In this document: positions 1 through 10,530 of the stretch, one piece after another
How the letters are laid out: each line of letters opens with the position of its first letter
How positions within the stretch are numbered: the stretch's first letter is position 1
DNA from: an uncultured Chloroflexia bacterium
GTDB taxonomy: Bacteria; Chloroflexota; Limnocylindria; Limnocylindrales; CSP1-4
DNA: 64,000 nucleotides
Direction of reading: 5' to 3'
NCBI GenBank assembly: GCA_963706095.1
Contig: OY970149.1
Location: 1,152,418 to 1,216,417, forward strand
Notes under the pieces: model-generated
What the model was told of the DNA's origin: nothing
Seen by the model: the letters and a program-made list of their open reading frames with translations, nothing else
Databases searched by the model: none
Position numbers and translations under genes: made by a program

Positions 1-327
1 GACGGCCGTCACGCGCATCCCCAGGCCGAGCTCGTTGCGCGTCAGATGCGCCTCACCAGCGGGATGCTGTCCTTCGTTCCGGCCGAACGCGACGGCCGCT
101 CCCCAGAGGAGCGCGCACGACGCTTCGCCGAGGGCACGCACATCTTTGCGCTCGCCGAGTCGCTGGGCGGCGTCGAGTCGCTTGTCGAGATTCCGGCGGT
201 GATGACCCACGGCTCGGTGGCGAACTCTCCGCTCGAGGTGTCGCCGGCGCTGGTCCGACTGTCAGTCGGGATCGAAGACCCGGCCGACCTCGTGGCCGAC
301 GTAGAACAGGCGCTCGACTCAGCCTAG
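1..327 (+). CDS. C-terminal fragment of Cys/Met-metabolism PLP-dependent enzyme (cystathionine gamma-synthase/gamma-lyase family). The gene starts upstream of the window.
   Basis: Frame 1 is open from nt 1. Translation is HPQAELVARQMRLTSGMLSFVP...ALAESLGGVESLVEIPAVMTH...LVRLSVGIEDPADL, the typical C-terminal motifs of the MetB/MetC/CGL family. Confidence 0.75.
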   Translation, partial: DGRHAHPQAELVARQMRLTSGMLSFVPAERDGRSPEERARRFAEGTHIFALAESLGGVESLVEIPAVMTHGSVANSPLEVSPALVRLSVGIEDPADLVADVEQALDSA

Positions 328-410
328 GTTCGCTCGCGCGGGCGCACGAAGCCGCACCGCATGCGACGCGTCCAAGCACACGTCGGAGGCCGACCCTCAG
401 CGGTTGGCCC

Positions 411-575
411 ATCCGCCGATCCGACTACGTATCCGCTGCAACTGACTGACGATCCGCCGATCCGACGACGTATCCGCTTCAACTGACTGTCGCGATCCTG
501 CCGGCGCCCCAACCCGCGCAGGCCAGCTGTTAGTCAATAGCGGAGGATCGTCAGTCGGATACGCGGATGGCGCAG
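411..575. repeat. Two ~41-bp tandem direct repeats (411-451, 452-492) plus a partial inverted copy (~536-575) between convergent gene ends.
   Basis: Units atccgccgatccgac(t/g)acgtatccgct(g/t)caactgactg(a/t)cg x2. Downstream tcgtcagtcggatacgcggatgg is the reverse complement of part of the unit. Confidence 0.5.
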
Positions 576-616
576 GAGATGGAGAGCAGATGTGCAGCCG
601 CGCAAGCGCCGAAGCG

Positions 617-1909
617 TCAGGCGGGCGTGGACGACGGCGCCTCGCGCTGGTCCGCATGGGGATCCGCCGCGCCGTCCGACGGGACATCCGTGGCGATCGC
701 GGGGTAGAGCTCGGAGAGTCGGGCGATCCGGTCGTCGAGCGAGGGATGCGTGGCGAACAGCGCCCAGCGCGCGACGTGCTCCGTGCCAAACGGTGATGTG
801 AACCACAGGTGCTGGCTGCCGCGGTTGGCGTAGTCGAGCGGATCGCGCTCATTTCGTAGCTCGCCCAAGGCTCGTGCCAGGGCGGTCGGGTTGCGGGTCA
901 GCTCGACCGACGTAGCGTCGGCCAGGAATTCGCGCTGACGGCTGACCGCCGCCTGAACCAGGAGCGAGGCCATCGGCGCGAACACGCGCAGCAGCGTCGC
1001 GATGAGGAGCAGGAACAGGCCGAAGGCCAAGCCGGCGGCCAACCCGGCGAGGGCTCCCTTGGCATCGTCCGCATCGGCGCCGCGGAAGAAGACGCCCTCG
1101 CCCCATGCACGAACGACCATGCGCAGGAACCCGTCGGTGACCAGCGCCACGAGGCCGACCAGGATCGCCACGTACACGCCGTAGCGCGTGTCGAGGTTGC
1201 GGATGTGGCCGAGCTCGTGAGCAATGACGCCCTGTAGCTGCTCGCGATCGAGGCGGCCCAGCAGGCCGGTGGTGACGGCAATCGCGGCGTTGTTTGGCCG
1301 CGTTCCGACGGCCATCGCGTTCATGCTTTCGTCGCCGATGACGTACACACGCGGCCGCGGGATGTTGGCCGCAATCGAGAGCTCGTTCACGACATCGTTG
1401 AGCATCTGGTCGTCGGCGTCCGTGGCGGGACGCGCTCGGGCCGATTCGAGTACGGCGTTGGCACCCCGAAAGTGGGCGTACGCCGCGCCTCCGGCACCGG
1501 CCAGCGCCGCGAGCGCCGCGCCCGCCAGCGCGGCCTGGGCATTGAAGGTCAGGCTCGCGGCGATCGCCTCACCAAGGGCCGTGACCAGGCCGACCATGGT
1601 CACGAGCAGCAGCAACGAGATGCGTCGGTTGGCGCGCTGCTGCTCGTAGAACGTGTCGCCGTGCGGCCGGCGGCTGAGCACGAAGGCGAGACCGAGAGCG
1701 ACCAACGGAATGGCCACGACCGCCCATGCCGAGAGGCGCGGCCAGCGCTGGTCGGGATCGGGCAGGACGTCCAGCAGACCCAGGATCAGCCACGCGCCGA
1801 CGGCGACAACGAGCGCGATGAGCGCCATGAAGACGAACGTGCCTGCCCACGCGGCGACGATAAATACGAGCTCGCGCAGGAGACTGGGTTGTCGCGCTTC
1901 AGCGGTCAC
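617..1909 (-). CDS. htpX: M48 family zinc metalloprotease (HtpX-like), integral membrane.
   Basis: HELGHIRN (HExxH) motif, several hydrophobic TM segments, 430 aa ORF. Confidence 0.8.
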   Translation of the reverse strand: MTAEARQPSLLRELVFIVAAWAGTFVFMALIALVVAVGAWLILGLLDVLPDPDQRWPRLSAWAVVAIPLVALGLAFVLSRRPHGDTFYEQQRANRRISLLLLVTMVGLVTALGEAIAASLTFNAQAALAGAALAALAGAGGAAYAHFRGANAVLESARARPATDADDQMLNDVVNELSIAANIPRPRVYVIGDESMNAMAVGTRPNNAAIAVTTGLLGRLDREQLQGVIAHELGHIRNLDTRYGVYVAILVGLVALVTDGFLRMVVRAWGEGVFFRGADADDAKGALAGLAAGLAFGLFLLLIATLLRVFAPMASLLVQAAVSRQREFLADATSVELTRNPTALARALGELRNERDPLDYANRGSQHLWFTSPFGTEHVARWALFATHPSLDDRIARLSELYPAIATDVPSDGAADPHADQREAPSSTPA

Positions 1910-1929
1910 GGGCCAAGTATGCTGCCCTC

Positions 1930-3305
1930 GTGGAGCGCTGGCCGACCATCATCGAGCCGTTCCGCATCCATTCCGTCGAGCCGATCCGGATCACCAGCAT
2001 CGCCGAGCGCGACGCGGCGCTGGAGGCAGCCGGCTACAACCTCTTCAACGTCCATGCCGACGACGTCATCATCGATCTCCTGACCGACTCGGGAACGGGC
2101 GCGATGAGCCGCGACCAGTGGGCGGCCGTCCAGCACGGTGACGAGAGCTATGCCGGCTCGCCGTCATGGTACCGCTTCCTGGAGGCGGTCCAGAAGCTCT
2201 TCCCCTTCAAGCACGTAATCCCGACGCACCAGGGACGCGCCGCCGAGAAGATCCTCTTCTCGGTAATCGGCGGCGCGGGCAAGGTCGTGCCCAACAACGC
2301 CCACTTCGACACGACGCGCGCGAACGTCGAGTTCACCGGCGCGCTCGCGATCGACCTGACTCCGCCGCGCGATCCGCGCGAGCGCGCGCCCTTCAAGGGC
2401 GACATGGACGTCGCTGCGCTCGAGCGGCTCGATGGAACGAAGCGGTCGTCGAGAACATCCCTGTCGTCTTCATGACGATCACCAACAACTCGATGGGCGG
2501 CCAGCCCGTGTCGCTGGCCAACCTGCGCGCGGTGCGCGAGGTGTGCGATCGGTTCGGCCTGCCGCTCTTCCTCGACGCGTGCCGTTTCGCCGAGAACGCG
2601 TGGTTCATCAAGGAGCGCGAGGAGGGCTACGCCGACAAGTCGATCCCGCAGATCGTGTCCGAGATCGCCGCGCTGGCGGACGGCATGACCATGAGCGCCA
2701 AGAAGGACGGCCTGGCAAACATCGGCGGTTGGCTTGCGATGAACGACGACAGCCTGGCCGAGCGCTGCCGCAACATGCTCATCCTGACCGAAGGATTCCC
2801 GACCTACGGCGGGCTGGCCGGCCGCGACCTTGAGGCCATCGCCGCGGGCCTCGACGAGGTCGTCGAGGAGGACTACCTGCGCTACCGCATCACGTCCACA
2901 GCGTACCTGGGCGACGCGCTCGACGCGGCGGGCGTGCCGGTCATCCTGCCGATCGGCGGCCACGCGGTGTACATCGACGCTCGGTCCCTGCTGCCGCACA
3001 TCACCCCGCTCGAGTACCCCGGCCACGCGCTGGCAGTCCAGCTGTACCGAGCCGGTGGCATCCGCGGCTGCGAGATTGGCACGGTCATGTTCGGGTTGCG
3101 GCCCGACGGCACCGAGTCGGCCGCCTCATTCGACCTTGTCCGTCTCGCGATCCCGCGCCGAACGTACACCCAGTCGCATGTCGATTACGTGATCGAGGTC
3201 GTGCGCTCGGTCGCGCAGCGGGCGGCAGACGTGCGTGGCTATAGGATCGTCAGCGCGCCGCCCGCACTACGTCACTTCACCGCCCGCTTCGAGCCCATTT
3301 CCTGA
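1930..3305 (+). CDS. Tryptophanase / tyrosine phenol-lyase family (beta-eliminating lyase). It is interrupted by a 1-nt frameshift near 2440-2450.
   Basis: N-terminus MERWPTIIEPFRIHSVEPIR...YNLFNVHADDVIIDLLTDSGTGAMS...FKHVIPTHQGRAAE matches tryptophanase. Downstream frame TITNNSMGGQPVSLANLRAVREV...DACRFAENAWFIKERE...SAKKDGLANIGGWLA...FTARFEPI completes it. The frames join if one base is restored after gatgg (LERLDG|NEAVVENIPVVF). Confidence 0.8.
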
Positions 3306-3417
3306 GCGCTTCGAGCCCTCGCCTTAAGGGTTGACTTGCACCCGGCCGCGCATAAGATCGCTCCGGGCGCCGCGAGGAGGAAATCACCCGACCGGGCGCC
3401 CAATGTGAGGGGAGCGA

Positions 3418-3837
3418 ATGCGCCGTCGAGTTGGATTTGTTGGCGTCCTCGGCCTGCTGGCTCTGGGTCTCATCGCACCACCCGTCGTTTCAGCCGGGGG
3501 CGAGGACTACAGCTATCGCGTCATGGCGAACTACTGCGATGGCGACGAGCCCGTCATCAGGGTCAGGCTGATCAAGCACGCAGGCATCTACGCAAGCCGG
3601 TTCCAGATCGTGGCCCAGGGCCAACACAAGAACCTGAGCGGTGGCAGCTGGCGCAATCAAGCCAGCAGCACGACGTTCAGCAAGAACATCCCGAACGGAT
3701 CAGACAGGTTCACCTGGACCAAGGGCATCACCTGGAACCCGCCCGACGGCAATTGGCACCGGATCAAGCTCCGCCTCAAGGCGTACGAGGGCAACACCCT
3801 TGTGGCCGTGGAAACGGTCTTCAGCGTTCGCTGTTAG
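3418..3837 (+). CDS. Small secreted protein, member A of a 3-member paralogous family (signal peptide, conserved N-proximal Cys and C-terminal Cys).
   Basis: MRRRVGFVGVLGLLALGLIAPPVVSAG signal peptide. ...NYCDGDE... and C-terminal ...FSVRC. Paralogs at 46664-47086 (-) and 52565-53011 (+). Confidence 0.6.
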   Translation: MRRRVGFVGVLGLLALGLIAPPVVSAGGEDYSYRVMANYCDGDEPVIRVRLIKHAGIYASRFQIVAQGQHKNLSGGSWRNQASSTTFSKNIPNGSDRFTWTKGITWNPPDGNWHRIKLRLKAYEGNTLVAVETVFSVRC

Positions 3838-3857
3838 CTAGACACACTGACCGCCAA

Positions 3858-3890
3858 TTCGGCCGGGCTCAAGCCCGGCCGTTTCCTTTG
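3858..3890 (+). terminator. Putative intrinsic terminator after the small secreted protein gene.
   Basis: GC hairpin cggccgggctcaagcccggccg followed by a T-rich tract tttcctttg. Confidence 0.4.
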
Positions 3891-3900
3891 TCCGGGATTT

Positions 3901-4521
3901 GTGCGTAATGCGGGATCGTGCGCGTCCCCTAGCATCCAACGCGTGAAATCACGACGATTGCTGCCGGCCCTGCCGGCTCTTCTCCTGCTTGTGGCGTGCG
4001 GCAGCGGTGGCATCGTGCTGCCGACTCAAGGTCCGAGCCGGGCGCCTGCCGCGACATCGTCGTCGTCGACGCCCACGTCCGCGCCGAGCGCAGCGGCCGA
4101 GGTCGTCATGTGCACTCTGGTTCCGCTCGGCGACGTCCAGGCCGCGTCGCCGTTCTCGACGCCGCTCGCCGAAGCTGAGCCCGGGACGCCGCCGAGCATG
4201 TGCGAGTACAGCTCGAGCGTCGACGCCGACGACCAGGTGGGCGTGTTGCTCGTCGCCACCGACTTCGGCACGGCCGCGGCCGCACAGGCGCACATGGCCG
4301 CCTATCGGCAGAACATGCAGGCGGCCGGAGTAACCCTCGCCGACGTTTCGGGCGTGGGCGACGAGGCGGTCAGCAACGGCGAGGACGAGGTTGGTGTCCA
4401 CGCCATCGTGGGCAGCTTCGCCCTCGATGCCAACCTGCGCGGGGAGTGGCCCGACACGACCGACGCGGCCAAGGTTGCGGCCGGCATCAGCCTGCTGCGG
4501 ACAATCATCTCGCGCCTCTAG
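3901..4521 (+). CDS. Hypothetical lipoprotein.
   Basis: Lipobox LLLLVACGSGG after a positively charged N-terminus. Ser/Thr/Pro-rich linker. No recognisable catalytic motif. Confidence 0.55.
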   Translation: MRNAGSCASPSIQRVKSRRLLPALPALLLLVACGSGGIVLPTQGPSRAPAATSSSSTPTSAPSAAAEVVMCTLVPLGDVQAASPFSTPLAEAEPGTPPSMCEYSSSVDADDQVGVLLVATDFGTAAAAQAHMAAYRQNMQAAGVTLADVSGVGDEAVSNGEDEVGVHAIVGSFALDANLRGEWPDTTDAAKVAAGISLLRTIISRL

Positions 4522-4579
4522 CCCCAGCCCGGCCCTCGGCGCCAAGGCGGCCGGCTGAGGTCAAATGCCAGTGCGTCAG

Positions 4580-6349
4580 TTACAGCGGCGGCGTGGTTCC
4601 CAGGTGGCGTGACCCGAAGTCGAGCTCGACCTCCATCTGGCGCACCTTCTCGTCCGACCGCAGCGAGCCATGACCCGCGTCGAATCGGTAGACCTGGTGA
4701 GGCTTCGAAAGCTGCTCGAGGCGGTCGATGTAGTTGTCGATCTGGCGGATGGGGCAGCGCGGATCATTCGCGCCGGCAAGGATCAGCACCGGCACGCGCA
4801 CGTTGTCGATGAACGTTATCGGCGAGCGACGCTCGTAGCGCTCCGGATCCTCCTCCGGGGAGGCCCCAAAGAGGGCGCGGTCATAAGCCTTGAGCGGCTC
4901 CATCTCGTCCTCGAAGGCAGCGACGTAGTCGGCAACGGGAACAGCAGCCAGGCCCAGTGCCCAGTCATCCGGCTGTATGCCAAGGCCGAGCAGGGTCAGG
5001 TAACCGCCCCACGAGCCACCGGCGAGGGCCAGCCGAGAAGGATCGGCGATCCCATCGTCGACGACGCGCTGGCGCACGGCCGCAATGTCCTCGAGCTCGG
5101 TCAGGCCCGGGTTGCCGGTCAGGGCATCGCGCCACGCCCGGCCGTAGCCGGTCGAGCCGCGGTAGTTGATGAGCACGACGGCGGCACCATGGTCGGTCCA
5201 GGCCTGCACGTCCGGCGCGAACTGGTCGCTATCGTGCCACTCCGGCCCGCCGTGGATGAGAAAGACGGTCGGATGTGGACGCGGTCCCGCGGGCTCGGCG
5301 ACGAAGGCGTGGATGTCGCCGACACGAAGGTCGGCATACGAGACTCCCCCAGGTGCCGTGTCGCCCTGCGCGCGCAGGACGATGCCGCTGCTGCGGTCGG
5401 ACGCGACGTAGCGCACCTCGGCGGCGTTGGCGGCGTCGCTCCACCGATACCAGACCTGGCCGTCGGGCCGTGCCGCGGCCGAGTCGATCACGCCCAACGG
5501 CGTCTCGATCGTGACCAAGAGCTCCGGATCGAGATCCAGCCGATACAGCGTCGATCGGCCGGCGTGGTCGTGCACAAGCAGGATCGCCGACCCGTCCGGG
5601 TACCACGACGCGTTGACGTCGCCCGGCAGGTCCAGGTCGAATGTCCGCGCCTCACCTGAGCTCGGCCACCAGAGCATGGGTCGCTTCTGGTCGTCGCGCT
5701 CATGGATAACCAGCACGCGCTCGTCTCCGGGCACGTCGCTGAAGCCGGACGAGCTCAAGCCCAGACCCGCGCCGTCCCACAGATCGGCCACTGTCACTCC
5801 ACTCGGATCCACGACGCGCAGCGCGAGGTGCCTCGCGTCGCCGTGCTCGGAGTGGTGGAAACAGACCAGCTTCTCGTCGGCCGATAGCCCGCCCAGATAG
5901 CTGGTTTCAGCGTGGTGATAGATGCGCTGTGGCTGCTGGCCCTCTCGCCAAACGTGGATCGAGCCCCCGTCGTCGGTCGACTGGCCGATGACGGCGAGCG
6001 ACCTTCCGAGTGACAGGCCGGTGTTGTATGCCCGGCCCAGGCTCTCCGCCGCTGGCTTCGGTTCGCCGCCCGCAAAGGGCTCGATCAGCCAGCGCCCGAA
6101 CTCATCGCCGTCGGTGTCGTCGAACCACCACACCTGCTCGCCGCTTGGCTCGAGCTCGCCGTAGACCGTGCCCTCGCGCCGGTCGGTCAGCTGGCGATGG
6201 CTGTCGGCTGCCCGATCCCAAGCGTAGAGCTCGAACTTGCCCGTCTGGTTCGAGGCATAGAGCAGGTGCTCGGGCGCGTCGTCGGCCCACTCGGGAAGGG
6301 TCGTCCGCGGCGCCTTGAAGCGCCGCCGCCAATTGGCTTCTTCAGTCAT
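4580..6349 (-). CDS. S9 family serine peptidase (prolyl oligopeptidase / acylaminoacyl peptidase-like) with N-terminal beta-propeller.
   Basis: 589 aa. GGSWGG nucleophile elbow, C-terminal alpha/beta hydrolase Asp/His region (DAGHGS), N-terminal WD-like repeats. Confidence 0.85.
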   Translation of the reverse strand: MTEEANWRRRFKAPRTTLPEWADDAPEHLLYASNQTGKFELYAWDRAADSHRQLTDRREGTVYGELEPSGEQVWWFDDTDGDEFGRWLIEPFAGGEPKPAAESLGRAYNTGLSLGRSLAVIGQSTDDGGSIHVWREGQQPQRIYHHAETSYLGGLSADEKLVCFHHSEHGDARHLALRVVDPSGVTVADLWDGAGLGLSSSGFSDVPGDERVLVIHERDDQKRPMLWWPSSGEARTFDLDLPGDVNASWYPDGSAILLVHDHAGRSTLYRLDLDPELLVTIETPLGVIDSAAARPDGQVWYRWSDAANAAEVRYVASDRSSGIVLRAQGDTAPGGVSYADLRVGDIHAFVAEPAGPRPHPTVFLIHGGPEWHDSDQFAPDVQAWTDHGAAVVLINYRGSTGYGRAWRDALTGNPGLTELEDIAAVRQRVVDDGIADPSRLALAGGSWGGYLTLLGLGIQPDDWALGLAAVPVADYVAAFEDEMEPLKAYDRALFGASPEEDPERYERRSPITFIDNVRVPVLILAGANDPRCPIRQIDNYIDRLEQLSKPHQVYRFDAGHGSLRSDEKVRQMEVELDFGSRHLGTTPPL

Positions 6350-6419
6350 GGCCGAGAAGGGTACTTGAGGTCCGTGGCTACGATGCCCGCGGGGCAGGTC
6401 GATCGAGGGAGGCAGGGCA

Positions 6420-6716
6420 GTGGCTCAGTTCGTAGTTCTCGGAAACCTCACGGCACAGGGCATCGCCGATTTCAAGAACACGCTCAATCGCGCCAAGGCG
6501 GCGAGCCAGGGCGCTGAAGCGCTGGGCGGCCGGCTGGTCGATATCTACTGGACGATGGGCAAGTACGACTTCGTGGCGATCTTCGAGATGCCCGACGACG
6601 ACACCATGGCGGCGCTGCTCTACCGCCTGGGCGCGCAGGGCAACGTTTCGACAACCACCATGCGCGCCTTCGATCGAAGCGGGATGGAGGGCATCCTCGC
6701 CAAGATGGGCGGCTGA
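6420..6716 (+). CDS. GYD domain protein.
   Basis: 98 aa with characteristic GKYDFVAIFE motif. Confidence 0.7.
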   Translation: MAQFVVLGNLTAQGIADFKNTLNRAKAASQGAEALGGRLVDIYWTMGKYDFVAIFEMPDDDTMAALLYRLGAQGNVSTTTMRAFDRSGMEGILAKMGG

Positions 6717-6730
6717 AGCGCCCCGGTCCG

Positions 6731-8340
<1,610 letters not shown>

Positions 8341-8368
8341 GTTGCCGGTCCTCCGTCCTCAGCGCGGC

Positions 8369-8385
8369 GTGCGCACTCTGCGCAC
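8369..8385. promoter_or_regulatory. Perfect 7-bp inverted repeat gtgcgca-ctc-tgcgcac about 30 bp upstream of the pckA start; candidate operator.
   Basis: Palindrome read directly from the sequence. Its position relative to pckA suggests regulation, but no binding factor can be assigned. Confidence 0.2.
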
Positions 8386-8662
8386 CTGCTCTCTGGCGGA
8401 CCGGCCGCGCGTCACCGGGGCGTCACTCGCAACGCGCATCCGGGAGTCGGCTTTCGCAGTTCGTCGGCTGCGAATTGTACGCCACGCGTCCAGCACCGAA
8501 ACGTAACCCGCCGCGCTGCAGCGTCTTTCACCCGCCAATCAGACCTGCCCGCCCGGCGCTATTTCGACGCACCCTCAGTGCCAATCTTCCAGAACTTCAG
8601 CCAGACCAAGCCTTATCAAGCGAATTGTGCGGATCGCCTGAGCCTGGCGACGGGCGCCGCGC

Positions 8663-9448
8663 TCAACCACGCTCAACGGACGCCCCGGATGGCCGCCGGA
8701 CGCGCATCGGGGTCGCGAAGGACTTCATAAGCCCTCCGTGGCTGAAGTTCGAGAAGAAGGAAGCCCCTGCAACTGACCCGGACGGATTTCGAAGCCAGCG
8801 CAGAAGGATGCGCGACTCCGTCGGCAGGGCCGCGCCGAACAGGTGGCCAAACCTGGCGAACCGAGCACGATTGGTGCTGCCCTCGGCGATGACCGACCAA
8901 GTCGCCACGGCGGCCGGCGACCAGCCCTGATGGTGACCGACTTGCAGGGCCAGCCGACTCTTGCGTCCGAGCACCGCCAACAACCCCTGTGGATCCACGA
9001 TTTCCGTCTTGAGCTCGATGACCAGCAACGTTCGACTCGGCGCGTGCCAGGCCAGCAGGTCGATCACACCGCGTTCCCCGTAGATCGAGAAAGACACCTC
9101 GGGCATTACCTGCCAACCCAACCCGACCAGGAAGGCCGTCACAGCTTCGCCCATCTGGTTGTGGCGGACGTTGATCAGCCGGTCGAGGTCGCCTCCTTGC
9201 CAGCGCAGCAACAAATCGAGGCGGGCATCCAACGCCAGCGCGATCGATCTCAGGCTATTCAAGGTGACTTTGCCAACGCGCCCACGCTCGACAGCCGACA
9301 CGAGGGCGGCGGAAACTCGCGCCCTATCGGCGAGGTCGATCTGGCGCCAACGTTTGCGGATGCGGAGTGCGCGGATCGCGGCGCCGACGCGCTGGTCTTC
9401 CATGCAGAGAAGATGGGGTCGAGCGCTTACCAGCGGCTTATCCATCAA
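8663..9448 (-). CDS. XRE-family HTH transcriptional regulator with uncharacterised C-terminal domain (contains a D...ELK motif). Paralog of 59421-60086.
   Basis: N-terminal HTH (IRALRIRKRWRQIDLADRARVSAALVSAVERG). C-terminal domain VIDLLAWHAPSRTLLVIELKTEIVDPQGLL aligns with the second regulator. The true start may be the internal Met (MEDQRV, ~9403). Confidence 0.6.
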   Translation of the reverse strand: MMDKPLVSARPHLLCMEDQRVGAAIRALRIRKRWRQIDLADRARVSAALVSAVERGRVGKVTLNSLRSIALALDARLDLLLRWQGGDLDRLINVRHNQMGEAVTAFLVGLGWQVMPEVSFSIYGERGVIDLLAWHAPSRTLLVIELKTEIVDPQGLLAVLGRKSRLALQVGHHQGWSPAAVATWSVIAEGSTNRARFARFGHLFGAALPTESRILLRWLRNPSGSVAGASFFSNFSHGGLMKSFATPMRVRRPSGASVERG

Positions 9449-9479
9449 TTCGCAACCGGTGGCAGACTGGCCGGGTTAG

Positions 9480-10469
9480 ATGAGCGTGAACAGCGAAACG
9501 AGAGCCGCACCGTCGGCAGACTGGCTCGTCTTCATCGCCCTCGGCTTCTTCTGGGGCAGCAGCTACCTGTTCATCAAGATCGGCGTCGAGGCCGGGCTGA
9601 CCCCCTTCACGCTCGTCACTCTGCGTCTGCTGGTCGGCCTGTTGCTGCTCGGCGCGGTCGTGCTTGCGGCCCGCGAGGCGCTTCCGCGCGTGCCCAGGAC
9701 CTACGGCCACCTCATTGTCATGGCCTTCTTCAGCGTGGCTTTGCCATTCACGTTGATCACCGTCGCCGAGCAACGGGTCGATTCCGCGCTCGCTGCGACT
9801 CTGACCGCGCCCGTGCCTATCTTCGTCATCCCGATCGCTGCGGTGATGCTCCGCGAGCGGATCACCCTGAACAAGATCTTTGGCGTCATCGTCGGCCTGC
9901 TCGGGGTGGCAGTGCTGATGAGCTTCGACCCTTCGCAGATCGGCAGCACAGACCTGACGCCGCAGCTCGCGCTGGTCGGCGCCGCGGCGTCGTACGCCTT
10001 CGGTGGCGTGTACGCACGCCGCTTCGTGCACGGCCAGAAGCCGATGATCACCTCATTCCTGCTGGTCCTGTTCGCCATGTTGATGTCGGCGGGAGCGGCT
10101 CTGATTACGGAGAGCCCGCTGGCTCAGATCGGCAGCCTGGGCGGGGAAGCGCTGTTCTCGGTCGTCTGGTTGGGGGTGTTCGGATCGGGCCTGGCCTACC
10201 TCGCGTTCTATCGGCTGCTCAATGCCTGGGGTCCGACGCGCACGTCGCTGGTCGCCTACACGCTGCCGATCTGGGGCATCGCCCTCGGGTTCCTGGTCCT
10301 GGGCGAAGCCATCACGTCCGGGCTCGTGGTAGGCACGGCGCTGGTCATAGCCGGCATCGCGTTCGTGAATGTCAGACCACAGGCGATCCTGATCCGTGCG
10401 CGCCAGCGCCGTGATCGCCTCGGTACGCCGCAGCGACCGACCGTCGATCCTCGGGCGGGGCCGCGCTAG
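9480..10469 (+). CDS. EamA/DMT-superfamily transporter.
   Basis: 329 aa, ~10 TM segments, duplicated EamA-like halves. Confidence 0.8.
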   Translation: MSVNSETRAAPSADWLVFIALGFFWGSSYLFIKIGVEAGLTPFTLVTLRLLVGLLLLGAVVLAAREALPRVPRTYGHLIVMAFFSVALPFTLITVAEQRVDSALAATLTAPVPIFVIPIAAVMLRERITLNKIFGVIVGLLGVAVLMSFDPSQIGSTDLTPQLALVGAAASYAFGGVYARRFVHGQKPMITSFLLVLFAMLMSAGAALITESPLAQIGSLGGEALFSVVWLGVFGSGLAYLAFYRLLNAWGPTRTSLVAYTLPIWGIALGFLVLGEAITSGLVVGTALVIAGIAFVNVRPQAILIRARQRRDRLGTPQRPTVDPRAGPR

Positions 10470-10530
10470 CCGCTCCATTGCCCGGGCGTCCTCCGGGAAA
10501 CTAGTTACATGGCGTGTTAGACTTTTGCCC

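Noticed and set aside
397-852. 151-aa minus-strand ORF spanning the repeat region and the 3' end of htpX
   Set aside because: Overlaps htpX out of frame and runs through the tandem DNA repeats. Ser/Arg/Pro-rich.
3336-3908. 190-aa ORF overlapping the small secreted protein gene
   Set aside because: Alternative frame of the same DNA. The 3418-3837 frame has a clean signal peptide and paralogs elsewhere.
8843-10414. 523-aa ORF on + strand overlapping the XRE regulator and EamA genes
   Set aside because: Arg/Pro/Gly-rich translation typical of an out-of-frame or antisense read of high-GC coding DNA. The real genes occupy this space on both strands.
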